From assembly GCF_009914755.1 (NCBI RefSeq), contig NC_060936.1: 64,000 nt of DNA. One strand, 5' to 3'. The DNA comes from the human T2T-CHM13v2.0 reference genome, Homo sapiens. The position numbers were made by a program, and so were the translations under genes. Under the pieces are notes generated by a model. The model was not told where the DNA came from, ran no database searches, and saw only the letters and a program-made list of their open reading frames with translations. Positions 61,440 to 64,000 of the stretch are shown piece after piece (the first letter of the stretch is position 1; the number at the start of each line of letters is the position of its first letter).

Positions 61440-62458
61440 TGTCATGTCATTATTTTAATTTATCTCTCACTGTTGAGATTATGCATCTGTTTGCTTTTTT
61501 TTAGTGCATATTCTGGTATCTCATCTATGAATTGCCTGTTCAGGTCCTTTGTGTCCTTTTTTAATCGAGATTTTTTTTTTCCTTTTTTGTATTGATCTGC
61601 AGGCTCTTTTTCTTTTTTTCCTTTATAAAAATACCTTATTTTTTATCGAGGTGAAGTCTTGCTATGTTACCCAGGCTAGTCTTGAACTCTTAGCCTCAAG
61701 TGATCCTCCCATCTCAGCCTCCCAGAGTCCAGTGATTACAGGTTTGAGCCACTGCACCTGACCAGATTTATCTAATCTGACTTCAAATTCTTCTGTCAGT
61801 TATATGAATTGTAAGTACAGTATTTTCATCCCAGTCTGTGGTATTTCTTCTTCTTTTTTTTGATTATAGATTTTGATGGACAAAAATTGTCCCTTTTAAT
61901 GTCAAGCATATTCATCTATTTCTTTATATTCTCTACTATTTTTAAATTGAAGAAATTCTTCTCCACCCTTTGGTCATGTTCAGTTCTTGAATAGTCTTCT
62001 AAAAGCTTTTCCGTGTTTAGGACTTTAATCTACCTGAAATTGATTTTGCTGTTCAGCATCATGAAGGAGATCCTGTTTTCTTTTTTCGAAATGAATAACC
62101 GGTTGTCTGAACACTACTTATTGAATAGTCTGTTTATTACTACTTTGTAACGTGTTTAATTTCCATATGTGCATTGGTCTATTGCAAGGTCCCTTAGTCT
62201 ATTGTATCGTGCTTTTTATGTGTGAATACCAGTCTTTATTCTTTTGGTACTATGGGTAGATATCTGATAGAGCAAGAGCCTCTCTACCTTGTTTGCCAGA
62301 ATTGAATTGCAATTTGTATTCAGTGTTTTACTATTGTGAGCAATAATACTATAAACATCCTGTGAATATGCTTTGCTTTATATACTGGTGCCTTTGTCTT
62401 GATAAGTCTCATCAAGGTTGGAATTGATGGAACAAAATACATATTTAAAAAAATGTAT

Positions 62459-62745
<287 letters not shown>

Positions 62746-63281
62746 CAATCAGATTACTTTTTAAAAAGCCCATAACTTTTTGCATTTCAACTTGCAATTT
62801 TTTTTCCAATCAGATGAGAATTAATTGCTATCTTATGGCTATTTTAATTTGTATTTTTCTCACCATGAACGATGAGAGAATCTTTTCATAGTTTATTTGG
62901 TCATTTGTATTTACTTGTGTATGTATTGCTCTTCATTATATTTGCTTAGTTTTAAATTGGGCAGTTTTGTCTTTTGCATAGCATTTCTGACCAACGACTA
63001 CTAAATGCCAATATGTCCGCCCCAGATCTCAAACAAGCAGAAATGCCACCATACAATTTCCAGATTCTCCCCAGTTGAGAACCACTGCTTTAGAACCTCC
63101 AGTATAGTGTTAAGCAATAAGGATTGCAGTGATTTCTGTCTAGTTTCTGATTTCCACTGAAATAGGTTTAGTGTTTTGCTATTTAGGATACTATATTTAA
63201 GGAGATTGATTCTATTAGAGATTCTATTAGAGTGTTTAGGAGGGATGATTGTCAGATTTTATCCTGTGCCATCTTGGCATC

Positions 63282-64000
63282 TTTATTTTTTATTTATTTT
63301 TATTATACTTTAAGTTCTAGGGTACATGTGCACAACGTGCAGGTTTGTTACATATGCATACGTGTGCCATGTTGGTGTGCTGCACCCATTAACTCGTCAT
63401 TTACATTAGGTATATCTCCTAATGCTATCCCTCCCCCTTCCCCTACCCCACAACAGGCCCCCGTGTGTGATGATCCCCTTCCTGTGTCCAAGTGTTCTCA
63501 TTGTTCAATTCCCACCTATGAGTAAGAACATGCGGTGTTTGGTTTTTGTCCTTGCGATAGTTTGCTGAGAATGATGGTTTCCAGTTTCATCCATGTCCCT
63601 ACAAAGGACATGAACTCATCCTTTTTTATGGCTACATAGTATTCCATGGTGTATATGTGCCACATTTTCTTAATCCAGTCTATCATTGATGGACATTTGG
63701 GTTGGTTCCAAGTCTTTGCTATTGTGAATAGTGCCACAATAAACATACGTGTACATGTGTCTTTATAGCAGCAGCATTTATAATCCTTTGGATACATACC
63801 CAGTAATGGGATGGCTGGGTCAAATGGTATTTCTAGTTATAGGTCCCTGAGGAATTGCCACACTGTCTTCCACAATGGTTGAACTACTTTACAGTCTCAC
63901 CAACAGTGTAAAAGCATTCCTATTTCTCCACGTCCTCTCCAGCACCTGTTGTTTCCTGACTTTTTAATGATCGCCATTGTAACTGGTGTGAGATGGTATC
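63282..64000 (-). mobile_element. L1PA (PA4/5-like) 3'UTR and ORF2 C-terminus, running off the window
   Basis: ORF 63516-63797 (KDTCTRMFIVALFTIAKTWNQPKCPSMIDWIKKMWHIYTMEYY) is the L1 ORF2p C-terminus; poly(T) tail near 63282-63300. Confidence 0.95.

Overview
Primate (most likely human) genomic DNA containing the 5' part of RIMKLB on the + strand. RIMKLB is a RimK-family ATP-grasp ligase (beta-citrylglutamate / N-acetylaspartylglutamate synthase B). A CpG-island promoter and non-coding exon 1 (donor at 1621/1622) are followed by four coding exons: 17144-17374 (ATG at 17200), 53206-53436, 55301-55387 and 57234-57437. These give codons 1-232; the last coding exon lies beyond the window. The introns are dense in Alus and also hold L1 fragments, a near-full-length Tigger1, MER44/MER20/MER58 DNA elements, MLT1/MLT2/MER21 LTRs, an ERV1 solo LTR inside an Alu, a 3'-truncated RPSA processed pseudogene and a BC200 retrocopy. 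The most notable feature is the exon architecture. Every internal exon, including the partly untranslated exon 2 and a candidate 144-nt upstream exon, is a multiple of 3, joins through a G|GT glycine codon and is stop-free in one shared frame. This allows (i) stop-less circular RNAs and (ii) a 90-aa N-terminal extension from a strong-Kozak ATG at 3050. Both are hypotheses without expression evidence. Repeat names are from recalled consensus sequences and repeat boundaries are approximate.
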